A stretch of 64,000 bases of DNA from Emergencia sp. GTDB taxonomy: Bacteria > Bacillota > Clostridia > Peptostreptococcales > Anaerovoracaceae. The translations under genes were made by a program, and so were the position numbers. Positions 1-10,062 of this stretch are shown piece by piece. The notes under the pieces are model-generated. The model was not told the DNA's origin. It worked only from the letters and a program-made list of their open reading frames with translations, and searched no databases. The stretch lies in NCBI GenBank assembly GCA_051883055.1, contig JBJESZ010000012.1:6844-70843 (forward strand), given 5' to 3'. Position 1 is the stretch's first letter. Each line of letters begins with the position of its first letter.

Positions 1-283
1 ACTTTTTTCTAAGAATATCAACAGGCGCATATGTGTTGGTGTGATTCTGAAAATAGGCGATATATCCGGCCTTAGGCCACTTTTCAGAAAGCAGGCTGAT
101 CTGATCTTCGATGGTGGAGGCAAAATCACCGCCACCTCCTTCTGAGCAGAACAGGCAGCCGCCCGTGCCCTTGGAACCGTCTCTGTTCGGACACGTGAAA
201 CCACCATCGATAGCCAGTTTTACCGTCTTTTCGCCGAACTCTTTTTTTAAGTATGAACTAACTGAATTAATTAACTGATTCAT
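1..283 (-). CDS. TIGR01212 (YhcC/YtqA-type) radical SAM protein, 5' part only (runs off the window edge)
   Basis: Not in the ORF track. Manual translation from ATG at 283: MNQLINSVSSYLKKEFGEKTVKLAIDGGFTCPNRDGSKGTGGCLFCSEGGGGDFAS...YIAYFQNHTNTYAP. It carries the family motifs GFTCPNRDG...GGCxFC and YFQxxTNTYAP; SD AGAGG lies upstream. Confidence 0.9.
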   Translation of the reverse strand, partial: MNQLINSVSSYLKKEFGEKTVKLAIDGGFTCPNRDGSKGTGGCLFCSEGGGGDFASTIEDQISLLSEKWPKAGYIAYFQNHTNTYAPVDILRKK

Positions 284-371
284 TGTAAACCTCTTTTTTT
301 AAACTAAATAATATGGTATAATATTTTGTCATAAATGTGAAGAGAATTTTGCACGAGGGAGGGTACATTTT

Positions 372-920
372 GTGAAAAAAATGCTGCTGCACAGCTGCTG
401 CGGACCATGCAGCACATCAGTAATAGAAAGACTTGTACCGGACTATGATATAACGGTTTTTTACTATAATCCCTGTATTACCGACAGAGATGAATATGAG
501 AAACGAAAAGAAAATCAGATAAGATTTATAGAGGAATTCAACGAGGAAAGAAATCTGAGAATAAACTTTAAAGAAGGCAGATATGATTCAGAAGAATATT
601 TCAGGCGTGTAAAGGGTCTGGAAGATGAACCGGAGGGCGGGGCAAGATGCACTGTCTGCTTTCGCCAGAGACTGGAAGAGGCAGCGAGATATGCAGGCGA
701 AAAAGGCTTTGATATCTTTACCACAACCCTGACAGTCAGCCCGCACAAAAACTATCCTCTTATTGCCGGAATAGGCAGGGAGTATGGAGAAAAGTATGGT
801 GTAGAATTCCTCGACCTGGATTTCAAGAAGAAGGCCGGCTTCCAGAGAAGCATAGAGCTTTCTAAAGAACATGAATTGTACAGGCAGAACTATTGCGGCT
901 GCGTGTATTCAATATATTAA
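372..920 (+). CDS. queH: Epoxyqueuosine reductase QueH (DUF208)
   Basis: LLHSCCGPCS, YYNPCI, EPEGGARCTVCF, FTTTLTVSPHK, YRQNYCGC motifs; GTG start with SD GGAGG. Confidence 0.95.
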   Translation: MKKMLLHSCCGPCSTSVIERLVPDYDITVFYYNPCITDRDEYEKRKENQIRFIEEFNEERNLRINFKEGRYDSEEYFRRVKGLEDEPEGGARCTVCFRQRLEEAARYAGEKGFDIFTTTLTVSPHKNYPLIAGIGREYGEKYGVEFLDLDFKKKAGFQRSIELSKEHELYRQNYCGCVYSIY

Positions 921-944
921 ACCATTTATAAGGAGAAGTGAAAA

Positions 945-1955
945 ATGGCAGAATTAATCAAACCAAACAACTACAATTCCGCGATCAATCCAATGGAAAC
1001 GCAGAGAGCTATCAAGAAAATCAAGGACTATTTCCAGCAGGAGCTGGCATACGGTCTGAACCTGAGAAGAGTATCAGCACCTCTGTTTGTTGCGCCCGAA
1101 AGCGGACTTAATGACAATCTTAACGGTGTGGAAAGAAGGGTTTCTTTCACTCTGAAGGACATTGACGAAAAGACAGTTGAAATAGTACAGTCACTGGCAA
1201 AATGGAAGAGATATGCTCTTGGCAGATACGGTATCAAACCGGGTCACGGTATCTATACAGATATGAATGCCATAAGAAGAGACGAGGAACTGGATAATCT
1301 TCATTCTGCCTACGTGGATCAGTGGGACTGGGAAAAAGTTATAACTAAAGATCAGAGAACACAGGAATATCTGCATGAGACAGTAACCATAATCTATAAT
1401 GCAGTCAAGAATCTGGGTGACTACGTAAACAGACTTTACAGAGACATTCAGACAGAGCTTCCGAATGATATTTACTTTATCACTACTCAGGAGCTTGAGG
1501 ATTTATACCCTAACAAAACTCCTAAGGAGAGAGAGGATCTGATCTGCAAGCAGCATGGTGCAGTGTTTATCGAAAAAATCGGAGGTCAGCTGAAGTCCGG
1601 CGAGAAGCACGACGGCAGATCACCTGACTACGACGACTGGGAACTGAACGGTGACATCATTCTGTGGAATGAAGTGCTGGACAGAGCTTTCGAAATCTCC
1701 TCTATGGGTATCAGAGTTGATGCTGAGGCGATGGACAGACAGCTTACCCTGGCCGGAGCAGATGACAGAAGAGAACGGGATTTCCATAAGGCTATTCTGA
1801 ATGATGAGCTTCCATATTCCATAGGTGGCGGTATAGGACAGAGCCGTCTGTGTATGTTCTTCCTGCGCAAGGCGCACATTGGAGAAGTTCAGGTTTCAGT
1901 ATGGCCTGAGTCCATGATTGAAGAGTGCAGAAAGGCGAATATTTTCCTTCTGTAA
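945..1955 (+). CDS. asnA: Aspartate--ammonia ligase (asparagine synthetase A)
   Basis: [39 protein letters not shown]. Confidence 0.97.
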   Translation: MAELIKPNNYNSAINPMETQRAIKKIKDYFQQELAYGLNLRRVSAPLFVAPESGLNDNLNGVERRVSFTLKDIDEKTVEIVQSLAKWKRYALGRYGIKPGHGIYTDMNAIRRDEELDNLHSAYVDQWDWEKVITKDQRTQEYLHETVTIIYNAVKNLGDYVNRLYRDIQTELPNDIYFITTQELEDLYPNKTPKEREDLICKQHGAVFIEKIGGQLKSGEKHDGRSPDYDDWELNGDIILWNEVLDRAFEISSMGIRVDAEAMDRQLTLAGADDRRERDFHKAILNDELPYSIGGGIGQSRLCMFFLRKAHIGEVQVSVWPESMIEECRKANIFLL

Positions 1956-1976
1956 TAATATGAATATGAGGAACTG

Positions 1977-3986
1977 ATGAAATACGTTAATGTGGTTATA
2001 GACAATAAAAGCAAATATACGGATACATTCTATACATACAGCGCTGATGACAGCATCAGGGTTGGCGATGTTGTGTACGTTCCCTTTAACAGGGGCAACA
2101 GTCTGAAAACCGCATACGTATTTCAGACAGATGTTAACCCGGAATGCGAACTGTCGAAAATCAAGGCCGTTGACTCGGTGGATCCGGTAATATCACTGAC
2201 AGAGGAGATAATTGATACCTGCAGGTGGATGAAGTCAAGATATGGTATTAAATATCTTGACGCGGTCAAATGCTTTCTTCAGCCGGGCAAACCGGCTAAG
2301 GCAGGCAGAGAAAAGGAACCCTACAGGGATGAAAAGGGTGAGTCGCAGGACATCAGGGCTCTCACTGCGGAGCAGGAAGCGGCGGTTGCAAGGATAGGTG
2401 AAGCTGTCAAAACCCACAGACAGGAAAATTTCCTTCTTCACGGTGTAACGGGAAGCGGCAAGACAGAAGTCTATATGCAGTCCATAAGCAGGGCTATTGA
2501 AGAGGGCAAGACAGCTATCATGCTGGTGCCTGAAATAGCACTTACCAAACAGATTATTGACAGATTCATAGGAAGATTCGGAAAGGATTCCATTGCTGTG
2601 CTTCACAGCAAGCTGACCGGAAGAGAAAGATTCGATGAATGGCTTAGAATAAGGCAGGGCAAAGTAAAGATAGTAATAGGAGCAAGACTCGGGGTATTTG
2701 CGCCTCTTGAGAATATTGGGCTGATCATTCTGGATGAGGAGCATGAGGCTACCTACAAGTCTGACAAGACACCAAAGTATGAGACTGTGGATATTGCGGT
2801 CAAAAGACTTATGAAGTATAAGGGGGTTTTGATACTCGGGAGTGCAACGCCTTCAGTGGTGTCATACAGGAGAGCCGAAGAGGGAATCTACACCCTCATA
2901 GAACTAAAGGAAAGATATAATCAGGGGCCTTTGCCAAAGGTTGAACTGGTAGATATGAAGGATGAGCTGAAAGCGGGGAATCAGAGTGTTTTCAGCGGAC
3001 GGCTATATGATGAAATGAAGAGAACCCTTGATGAGGGTCAGCAGATAATCCTCTTTCTTAACAGAAGAGGGTATTCTACCTTTATTTCATGCAGAGAATG
3101 CGGCGAGGTGATGAAGTGCCCGGAATGCGGAATATCCCTTACGTATCACAAGAAGGAGAATGCGGCAGTTTGTCACTATTGCGGCAAGCATTTCCGTGCA
3201 GATAGTGACTGTCCTGCATGCGGCAGTCCGTTCATAAAGTTTTCAGGAGTGGGAACTGAAAAGGTTGAGGAATTCACCAGAGAGATGTTTCCCGACCATA
3301 CTGTTGAAAGGCTTGACCTTGATACAGCGAAAAACAACAGAGAGATAAACAGAATAGTAAACAGCTTTTCTCGCGGAAAGACAGATATTCTTGTTGGAAC
3401 CCAGCTTGTTGCAAAGGGTCTGGATTTCAAAAACGTAGGTCTTGTAGGGGTTATATCGGCAGATGTCAGCCTTAATATTCCTGATTACAGGTCTACGGAG
3501 AGAACCTTTCAGCTTGTGACTCAGGTCGCAGGAAGAGCGGGAAGGGGAGACCGGGAAGGCAGGGTAATAGTGCAGACCTTCACACCTGATAATTTTGCAC
3601 TGACCAGTGCGGCCCGGCATGATTACAGAGGCTTCTACAATAAGGAGATTCAGCTGAGAGAGTATATGAACTATCCTCCATTTACTGACCTTATAATGGT
3701 TGAGTTTACCGCCACAGATGAAGCACTTGCAGTTAATACTGCATCAGCATGCAGGGAATACCTGCAGAGATGCAGACTTGAAGATGGAAAAGAAACTATT
3801 TTCGACCCCAAGGAGTCATACAGCTTCAAGGGGAAGGACAGTTACAGATATTATATTCTTATAAAATGCCCTAAAGGTCTTAGAAACAGGTACGTGCACT
3901 GCATCAGCTCTTTTGGAGACAATCTCGTTAAAAACAAGATTGACTGCACCATGATTATTGATGTGAATCCATATGGCACGCTTTAG
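1977..3986 (+). CDS. priA: Primosomal protein N' (replication-restart helicase), short form
   Basis: GVTGSGKTEVY, DEEH, two CxxC..CxxC Zn motifs, QVAGRAGR. Confidence 0.96.
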   Translation: MKYVNVVIDNKSKYTDTFYTYSADDSIRVGDVVYVPFNRGNSLKTAYVFQTDVNPECELSKIKAVDSVDPVISLTEEIIDTCRWMKSRYGIKYLDAVKCFLQPGKPAKAGREKEPYRDEKGESQDIRALTAEQEAAVARIGEAVKTHRQENFLLHGVTGSGKTEVYMQSISRAIEEGKTAIMLVPEIALTKQIIDRFIGRFGKDSIAVLHSKLTGRERFDEWLRIRQGKVKIVIGARLGVFAPLENIGLIILDEEHEATYKSDKTPKYETVDIAVKRLMKYKGVLILGSATPSVVSYRRAEEGIYTLIELKERYNQGPLPKVELVDMKDELKAGNQSVFSGRLYDEMKRTLDEGQQIILFLNRRGYSTFISCRECGEVMKCPECGISLTYHKKENAAVCHYCGKHFRADSDCPACGSPFIKFSGVGTEKVEEFTREMFPDHTVERLDLDTAKNNREINRIVNSFSRGKTDILVGTQLVAKGLDFKNVGLVGVISADVSLNIPDYRSTERTFQLVTQVAGRAGRGDREGRVIVQTFTPDNFALTSAARHDYRGFYNKEIQLREYMNYPPFTDLIMVEFTATDEALAVNTASACREYLQRCRLEDGKETIFDPKESYSFKGKDSYRYYILIKCPKGLRNRYVHCISSFGDNLVKNKIDCTMIIDVNPYGTL

Positions 3987-4025
3987 AGAACATATTATTA
4001 ATAATTCAGAGGAGAGGTAGAAAGA

Positions 4026-4505
4026 ATGGCAATTAGAAATATTGTAACCGAAGGTGACGAAATCCTAAGAAAAAAATGCAGAGAAATCACGGAAGTTACA
4101 GACAGAATAAGGATGACGATGGAAGATATGCTTGAGACCATGCATTCGGAAAACGGAGTAGGAATTGCAGCACCTCAGGTAGGTGTAATGAGGAGAATGT
4201 TCATCGCCGAACCTGAGCCGGGCCGCATATATTATATGATTAATCCGGAAATCCTGGAAATGGAGGGTTCGCAGTACGGAGCTGAGGGATGCCTGAGCGT
4301 GCCGGGTCTGGTAGGAGATGTGGAACGTCCCGAGCGTATTAAAATCAAGGCTCTTGATCTTGACGGAAATGAACAGGTTTATGACTTTGAGGGTTTTGAC
4401 GCGGTGGTAATGTGCCATGAGAATGACCATCTGGACGGTATTCTGTACATCGACAAGGCTGTAAATGTGAGAGTGCCGGAAGAACCTGAGGAGGATGATG
4501 AATAG
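4026..4505 (+). CDS. def: Peptide deformylase
   Basis: GVGIAAPQVG, EGCLS, HENDHLDG. Confidence 0.97.
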   Translation: MAIRNIVTEGDEILRKKCREITEVTDRIRMTMEDMLETMHSENGVGIAAPQVGVMRRMFIAEPEPGRIYYMINPEILEMEGSQYGAEGCLSVPGLVGDVERPERIKIKALDLDGNEQVYDFEGFDAVVMCHENDHLDGILYIDKAVNVRVPEEPEEDDE

Positions 4506-5434
4506 TGAGAGCAGTTTTTATGGGAACACCTGACTTTGCAGTACCTGTTCTGGATGCAATGATTAAGGCCGGCCACGAGGTTGGATATGTGATTACTCAG
4601 CCGGACAAGGCGAGAAACAGGGGAAAGCAGATACAGTTCACACCGGTTAAGGAACTGGCTGCAGCCAATGGAATCCCGGTTCTTCAGCCGCAGAAAATCA
4701 AGGATAGCCCGGAGACTCTTGAACTTCTGAGAAAATATAATCCGGACATAATCGTAGTAGTTGCATATGGTCAGATTCTGCAGAAGGAAATACTGGAGCT
4801 TCCGAAGTACGGATGTGTAAATGTACATGCTTCGCTTCTTCCCAAACTCAGAGGGGCATCGCCTATTCAGCATGCTATCCTGGTTGGAGAAGAAAAAAGC
4901 GGCGTGACAATTATGCAGATGGGTGAAGGTCTGGATACAGGAGACATGCTGACAAAGGTTTCTACACCTGTTGGAAACAAAAATGGTGAAGAACTTCACG
5001 ATGAGCTGAGTCAGCTGGGAGCAAAGCTGCTGGTGGATACACTTGTGCTGATTGAAGAGGGTATCGTGACGCCTGAACCGCAGGATGACAGCCTTTCCAC
5101 CTACGCTGGTATGATTACAAAGGCAGATGGAAAGATTGATTTTGAAAAGAGTCCGGTTCAGATAGAAAGACAGATCAGGGCTTTTGATCCATGGCCGGGA
5201 GCCTACTGCAGCCTTGGAGATGCGACTATGAAGGTATGGAAGGCTGAGGTTACCGGAAAATCTGCAGATGCTGCAAACGGTGCTGTTGTAGATGTGAGCG
5301 GCGACGGAATAGATGTATGCTGCGGCGGAGAGGTGCTTCGAATTACTGAAATTCAGATGCCCGGAAAGAAGCGTGTGACTGTCGACGCATTTTTACGGGG
5401 CAATAAGATTGAAAAAGGAACCGTATTGGTTTAA
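4505..5434 (+). CDS. fmt: Methionyl-tRNA formyltransferase
   Basis: FMGTPDFA, NVHASLLPKLRGASPI; follows def. Confidence 0.97.
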   Translation: MRAVFMGTPDFAVPVLDAMIKAGHEVGYVITQPDKARNRGKQIQFTPVKELAAANGIPVLQPQKIKDSPETLELLRKYNPDIIVVVAYGQILQKEILELPKYGCVNVHASLLPKLRGASPIQHAILVGEEKSGVTIMQMGEGLDTGDMLTKVSTPVGNKNGEELHDELSQLGAKLLVDTLVLIEEGIVTPEPQDDSLSTYAGMITKADGKIDFEKSPVQIERQIRAFDPWPGAYCSLGDATMKVWKAEVTGKSADAANGAVVDVSGDGIDVCCGGEVLRITEIQMPGKKRVTVDAFLRGNKIEKGTVLV

Positions 5435-5468
5435 AATACGTAAAAAAGGGAGAAAGTGAGAAAGAGAT

Positions 5469-6173
5469 ATGTTTTATTATGATCCAACGTATATTATCCT
5501 GGTACCGGCAATATTGTTTACACTATATGCACAGGGTAAGGTGAAAAGCGCATTCAGCAGGTATTCCAGAGTGAGAAACAGAAGGAATATAACCGGTGTG
5601 GAGGCAGCACGCAGGGTGCTTGACTACAATGGCCTCCATGATGTTAAAATTGCACAGATAAGAGGAAGCATGACTGACAACTATAACCCTGTTACAAAGG
5701 TGTTATCCCTGTCAGAAACTGTATACGGTGTAAATTCCGTGGCGGCGGTAAGTGTTGCCTGCCATGAAGTGGGTCACGCTATCCAGCATGCAAAGGGGTA
5801 TGCACCGCTGAAGATGAGAAATGCGATACTTCCTGTTGTGAACTTTGCATCAGCATTGACATGGCCTCTTGTCATTATCGGTCTTCTGCTGCTTGTGGCA
5901 AATCCTGAAACATATTATATCGGAAACATGGTTTTCAATATCGGCGTTATTGCATTTATCGCAGTTATTGCATTTCATCTTGTTACTCTTCCTGTTGAGT
6001 TTAACGCAAGCAGGAGAGCTATTCAGCAGATGGAGGAACTGGGCCTGGTTGCTGATGATGATATAGGCGGAAGCAAGAGGGTTCTGAACGCTGCAGCCAT
6101 GACTTATGTTGCAGCTCTGGCAGTTGCAGTTGCAAATCTGCTGAGAATCCTTGCACTTAGAAACAGAGATTAA
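5469..6173 (+). CDS. Membrane zinc metallopeptidase, YugP family
   Basis: HEVGHAIQH (HExxH), TLPVEFNASRRA, hydrophobic segments; usual position between fmt and rsmB. Confidence 0.9.
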   Translation: MFYYDPTYIILVPAILFTLYAQGKVKSAFSRYSRVRNRRNITGVEAARRVLDYNGLHDVKIAQIRGSMTDNYNPVTKVLSLSETVYGVNSVAAVSVACHEVGHAIQHAKGYAPLKMRNAILPVVNFASALTWPLVIIGLLLLVANPETYYIGNMVFNIGVIAFIAVIAFHLVTLPVEFNASRRAIQQMEELGLVADDDIGGSKRVLNAAAMTYVAALAVAVANLLRILALRNRD

Positions 6174-6188
6174 GAGACAGGTGATTTA

Positions 6189-7469
6189 ATGGATATCAAT
6201 CGTAAAACAGCATATAATGTTCTGTTTGACGTTGAGAAGAACGGGGCTTATTCAAATATTGAACTTAACAGACAGATAAGCCTTTTGAATCCTGACTCAC
6301 CGGCTTTTGTCAGGGAGCTTGTGTACGGAGTAATCGAAAACCTGATTTATATTGACCATATATTGTCAAAGCTTATAGACAAGGGATTGAAGGGTGTGAA
6401 GAAACAGCCTCTTACACTGCTTCGCATGGGTATATATCAGATAAGGTTTATGGATTCTGTACCTGAGTATGCTGCGGTGAATGAAACCGTAAATATGGCA
6501 AGAAAGCTGGCCCGTGGCAGAGAAGGCTTTATAAACGGGGTGTTAAGAGGATATATAAAGAGAAAGGATGAGGACTTCCTTCCTGACAGAGCTGAAGATC
6601 CCGTCTCATATCTGTCAGTAAAGTATTCCTATGCACCATGGATTGTCAATCTTTGGATTGACCAGCACGGTGAGGAGAAAACCGAGGCAATGCTTGCCGC
6701 AGGAAATGAAACCCCATCTCTTTCTGTCAGAGTAAACACATTGAAGACGGATAGAGATGAACTTGCAGGAAGACTTGATGCTTTGGGTTTTGATACCAAG
6801 AAGGGTGCATTAAGCGAGCGTGTTCTTTTTGTAAACGGCGCAGGTCTGCTTGACACAGAGGAATTTTCAGAAGGTCTCTTTTCTGTTCAGGATGAATCAT
6901 CTGTCGTTGCAGTGGAAACCCTTATGCCTGAACCCGGGGATAAGGTTATTGACATGTGCGCTGCGCCCGGAGGTAAGACTCTGGCAATGGCAGAGTGCAT
7001 GAAAAACATCGGGACTATCAAAGCCTACGACGTCTATGAGCATAAGCTGGAGCTGATAAAAAATGAATCATCCCGGCTCGGTATCAGTATTATCGAAACC
7101 GGTGAGCAGGATGGCACCATTTATAACGAACAGCTTGAGCAGTGGGCTGACAGGGTTCTTGTGGATGGACCGTGTTCAGGTCTTGGGGTTGTAAGAAGAA
7201 AACCTGAAATAAAGTACAGAAATCTTGATGACAATGGGATGGGACTGGCTGAAAAACAGCTTGCCATTCTTGATAACGCGGGCAGATATGTCAGACCCGG
7301 AGGCTGCCTGCTGTACAGTACATGTACGATAAATAAACTGGAAAACGAAAATGTTGCAGAAAAATTCATCGGATCGCACCCGGAGTTTAAGCTGATTTCG
7401 AGCAGACAGCTTGTGCCGGGAACAGATGAGACAGATGGTTTTTTCATCTGCAGCTTTAAGAAAATGTAG
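6189..7469 (+). CDS. rsmB: 16S rRNA m5C967 methyltransferase RsmB/Sun
   Basis: N-terminal NusB-like domain, DMCAAPGGKT, DGPCSGLG, YSTCT. Confidence 0.95.
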   Translation: MDINRKTAYNVLFDVEKNGAYSNIELNRQISLLNPDSPAFVRELVYGVIENLIYIDHILSKLIDKGLKGVKKQPLTLLRMGIYQIRFMDSVPEYAAVNETVNMARKLARGREGFINGVLRGYIKRKDEDFLPDRAEDPVSYLSVKYSYAPWIVNLWIDQHGEEKTEAMLAAGNETPSLSVRVNTLKTDRDELAGRLDALGFDTKKGALSERVLFVNGAGLLDTEEFSEGLFSVQDESSVVAVETLMPEPGDKVIDMCAAPGGKTLAMAECMKNIGTIKAYDVYEHKLELIKNESSRLGISIIETGEQDGTIYNEQLEQWADRVLVDGPCSGLGVVRRKPEIKYRNLDDNGMGLAEKQLAILDNAGRYVRPGGCLLYSTCTINKLENENVAEKFIGSHPEFKLISSRQLVPGTDETDGFFICSFKKM

Positions 7470-7497
7470 ACAGAATACAGAAGTATAAGAGGAGTTT

Positions 7498-8247
7498 TTG
7501 ATGGAAGTTGGTTTTAAAACTGACAAAGGTGTAAGACGAAGCAATAATGAGGATGCCTGTTTCGTGATGAAACGCGACAAGCTGTTTGTTGTGGCAGACG
7601 GAGTTGGAGGAAACAATTCCGGAGAAATTGCCAGCAGAACAGCGGTGACTGAGATAACAGGCTACTTCCAGAGAAACCCACTTGAACGTGGTGCATCAGC
7701 AGACAGAATAAGAGAGTACTTTCACCTTTGTATAAATGCTGCAAATTCTGCTGTTGTAAATAAAGCCGGTAGAATTCCCCGGAACAGGGGAATGGCAACG
7801 ACCATAGTAGCAGCATACATAGACGGGAATACAGCATATATCTTAAACGTGGGTGACAGCAGGGCGTATCTGATGCGCAATGGTGCACTTGTTCAGATAA
7901 CGGAGGATCATACCTACGTTAACACACTGATAAAGGCAGGTCTGATTTCAGAAGAGGATGCTCTTACTCATGAAAACCGAAATATGATTACGCGTGCAGT
8001 AGGCGCTGATGCACAGGTTGAAGCGGACATGTTCACCGTACCTGTGATGAAGGGAGACATTCTTCTGCTGTGTACAGACGGATTATACGGAGAGGTATCC
8101 GAAGAAGAAATAATAAGAATTCTCCAGACTGAAACTTTCACAGGTGATATGTGCAATGAACTTGTAGACGCAGCCAATAGAAATGGTGGTAGTGATAACA
8201 TCACCATGGTAGTCTTGAAATTTACGGAGGAAGATATCAATGAGTAA
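7498..8247 (+). CDS. prpC: PP2C-family Ser/Thr phosphatase (PrpC/Stp1)
   Basis: NEDA, VADGVGG, NVGDSRAY, CTDGL, GGSDNIT; overlaps the kinase gene. Confidence 0.93.
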   Translation: MMEVGFKTDKGVRRSNNEDACFVMKRDKLFVVADGVGGNNSGEIASRTAVTEITGYFQRNPLERGASADRIREYFHLCINAANSAVVNKAGRIPRNRGMATTIVAAYIDGNTAYILNVGDSRAYLMRNGALVQITEDHTYVNTLIKAGLISEEDALTHENRNMITRAVGADAQVEADMFTVPVMKGDILLLCTDGLYGEVSEEEIIRILQTETFTGDMCNELVDAANRNGGSDNITMVVLKFTEEDINE

Positions 8248-10051
8248 ATTACTTGCGGGCAGATACGAATTAATCGACCGGATAGGCGAAGGCGGTATGG
8301 CAGTCGTTTACAAGGCAAAGGACAGACTGCTTAACCGTTATATCGCTGTAAAAATTCTAAGACCTGAGTTTACCAAGGACGTTCAGTTCGTAGAGAACTT
8401 CAGACAGGAATCTCAGGCTGCAGCCGGTCTGCAGCATCCCAACATTGTAAGCGTATATGATGTTGGAACAGAAGGTAATATTCATTATATTGTAATGGAG
8501 CTTATCGACGGCAGACCGTTAAGTGAGATTATAAGGGAAAAGGCTCCGATGAGTTATAAAGAGGTTGTAAGCATAGCCAAACAGGTTGCGGCAGCACTTA
8601 CAATAGCTCATAAGAATCACATTATCCACAGAGACGTTAAACCGCATAATATAATGATTACAACCGATGGAATTGCCAAGCTTGCAGACTTTGGTATCGC
8701 AAAGGCAGTAAGTGACAGCACACTGGTATCAGAAACCAGCAAGATTATCGGTTCGGTGCATTATTTCTCGCCTGAACAGGCAAGGGGTGCGTATGTAGAC
8801 GAAAGATCAGATATATATTCACTGGGAATCGTAATGTACGAAATGCTTACAGGGCAGGTGCCTTTTGACGGAGATAACCCGGTTCAGGTAGCTTTGATGC
8901 ATATCAACGATGAAATTACACCGCCGTCAAAACTGGTTCACGGCATTCCGCCGGCACTTGAGAAGCTTGTTATGAAGGCAACGGATAAGTTCCAGACTAA
9001 TCGTTATGCTTCTGCCGAGGAGCTTCTTGGCGAACTGGATAATATCGAATTTGTTTCCAAGATGATCGGTCAGAAGATTTTCGTCGGCAGTGATGAAGAA
9101 GAGTCTGTATCTTCACGAACTGCAGAAGAACAGCTTCAGGAGCTTAGACCGAAGAAGGAGAAGAAGCAGCAGGCAAAGAAAGAAAAAAGCCGTAAGTCAG
9201 AAGTACAGAAGCCGAAGAAAGGCGGAAGTGAAAAGGGCAGTGACAATAAAAAGAAAAAGATTATAATCGGTGTAGCTGCAGCTGTTGCGGGTGTGGCAAT
9301 ACTGATCGGTGTTCTTTTTGCAACCGGCGTCATAGGCGGAAAGGTTACTGTTCCTGACCTGAAAAACCTTACTGTTGAGCAGGCAGAGAAGGAACTGAAG
9401 GCGCTTAAGCTGGAGATTGAAGTCGGCGAGGACGTGCCAAGTGACGATGTGGAGAAGGGAAAAGTTGCTTCACAGACCCCTAAGAAGGGTAGCAAGATTA
9501 AAGCCGGAGAGACAGTAATGGTAATGATAAGCTCCGGAAAACCAACGGGACAGGTTCCGACTGTAGTTGGAAAGATGTACGATGAGGACTCGATCACTGC
9601 TTATCTTGTGGCAAACAACTATGAACTTGGTTCTGTTACCAGCGAGGAGAGTGAAGAACCGGAAGGCATGATTATCAGACAGAGTCCGGGTGCAGGTTCG
9701 GAGGCTGAAAATGGAACGCGAATCGATCTGGTCATCAGTAAAGGCTCCAGCAAAATTCCTGTTCCTCTTCTGGAGGGAAATAACATTGAGACTGCCAAGC
9801 AGACACTCAGGGATGCCGGTCTGAAGGTTGGAAAGGTTACCTATGAGGAAAGCTCAGTATATAAAGCAGATATTGTTATCAGCCAGAGCTATGTATCAGG
9901 ACAGAAGGTAGATAAGGGTACTGTGATTGATCTTGTAGTCAGCAAGGGTGAGCCTGATCCGACACCTGAGCCGGAACCGGAACCTGAACCTGAGCCGGAA
10001 CCTGATAATGGAGGAGACGGAAACGCAACAGATACCGATGAAGAAAATTAA
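8240..10051 (+). CDS. prkC: PASTA-domain Ser/Thr kinase (PrkC/PknB)
   Basis: IGEGGMAVVY, HRDVKPHN, DFGIAK, one TM helix, three PASTA-like repeats, acidic Pro/Glu tail. Confidence 0.95.
   Translation: MSKLLAGRYELIDRIGEGGMAVVYKAKDRLLNRYIAVKILRPEFTKDVQFVENFRQESQAAAGLQHPNIVSVYDVGTEGNIHYIVMELIDGRPLSEIIREKAPMSYKEVVSIAKQVAAALTIAHKNHIIHRDVKPHNIMITTDGIAKLADFGIAKAVSDSTLVSETSKIIGSVHYFSPEQARGAYVDERSDIYSLGIVMYEMLTGQVPFDGDNPVQVALMHINDEITPPSKLVHGIPPALEKLVMKATDKFQTNRYASAEELLGELDNIEFVSKMIGQKIFVGSDEEESVSSRTAEEQLQELRPKKEKKQQAKKEKSRKSEVQKPKKGGSEKGSDNKKKKIIIGVAAAVAGVAILIGVLFATGVIGGKVTVPDLKNLTVEQAEKELKALKLEIEVGEDVPSDDVEKGKVASQTPKKGSKIKAGETVMVMISSGKPTGQVPTVVGKMYDEDSITAYLVANNYELGSVTSEESEEPEGMIIRQSPGAGSEAENGTRIDLVISKGSSKIPVPLLEGNNIETAKQTLRDAGLKVGKVTYEESSVYKADIVISQSYVSGQKVDKGTVIDLVVSKGEPDPTPEPEPEPEPEPEPDNGGDGNATDTDEEN
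9950..10006 (+). repeat. Low-complexity (Pro-Glu)n coding repeat at the PrkC C-terminus
   Basis: gagccggaaccggaacctgaacctgagccggaacct encodes EPEPEPEPEP. Confidence 0.85.
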
Positions 10052-10062
10052 GGAACACGTTA

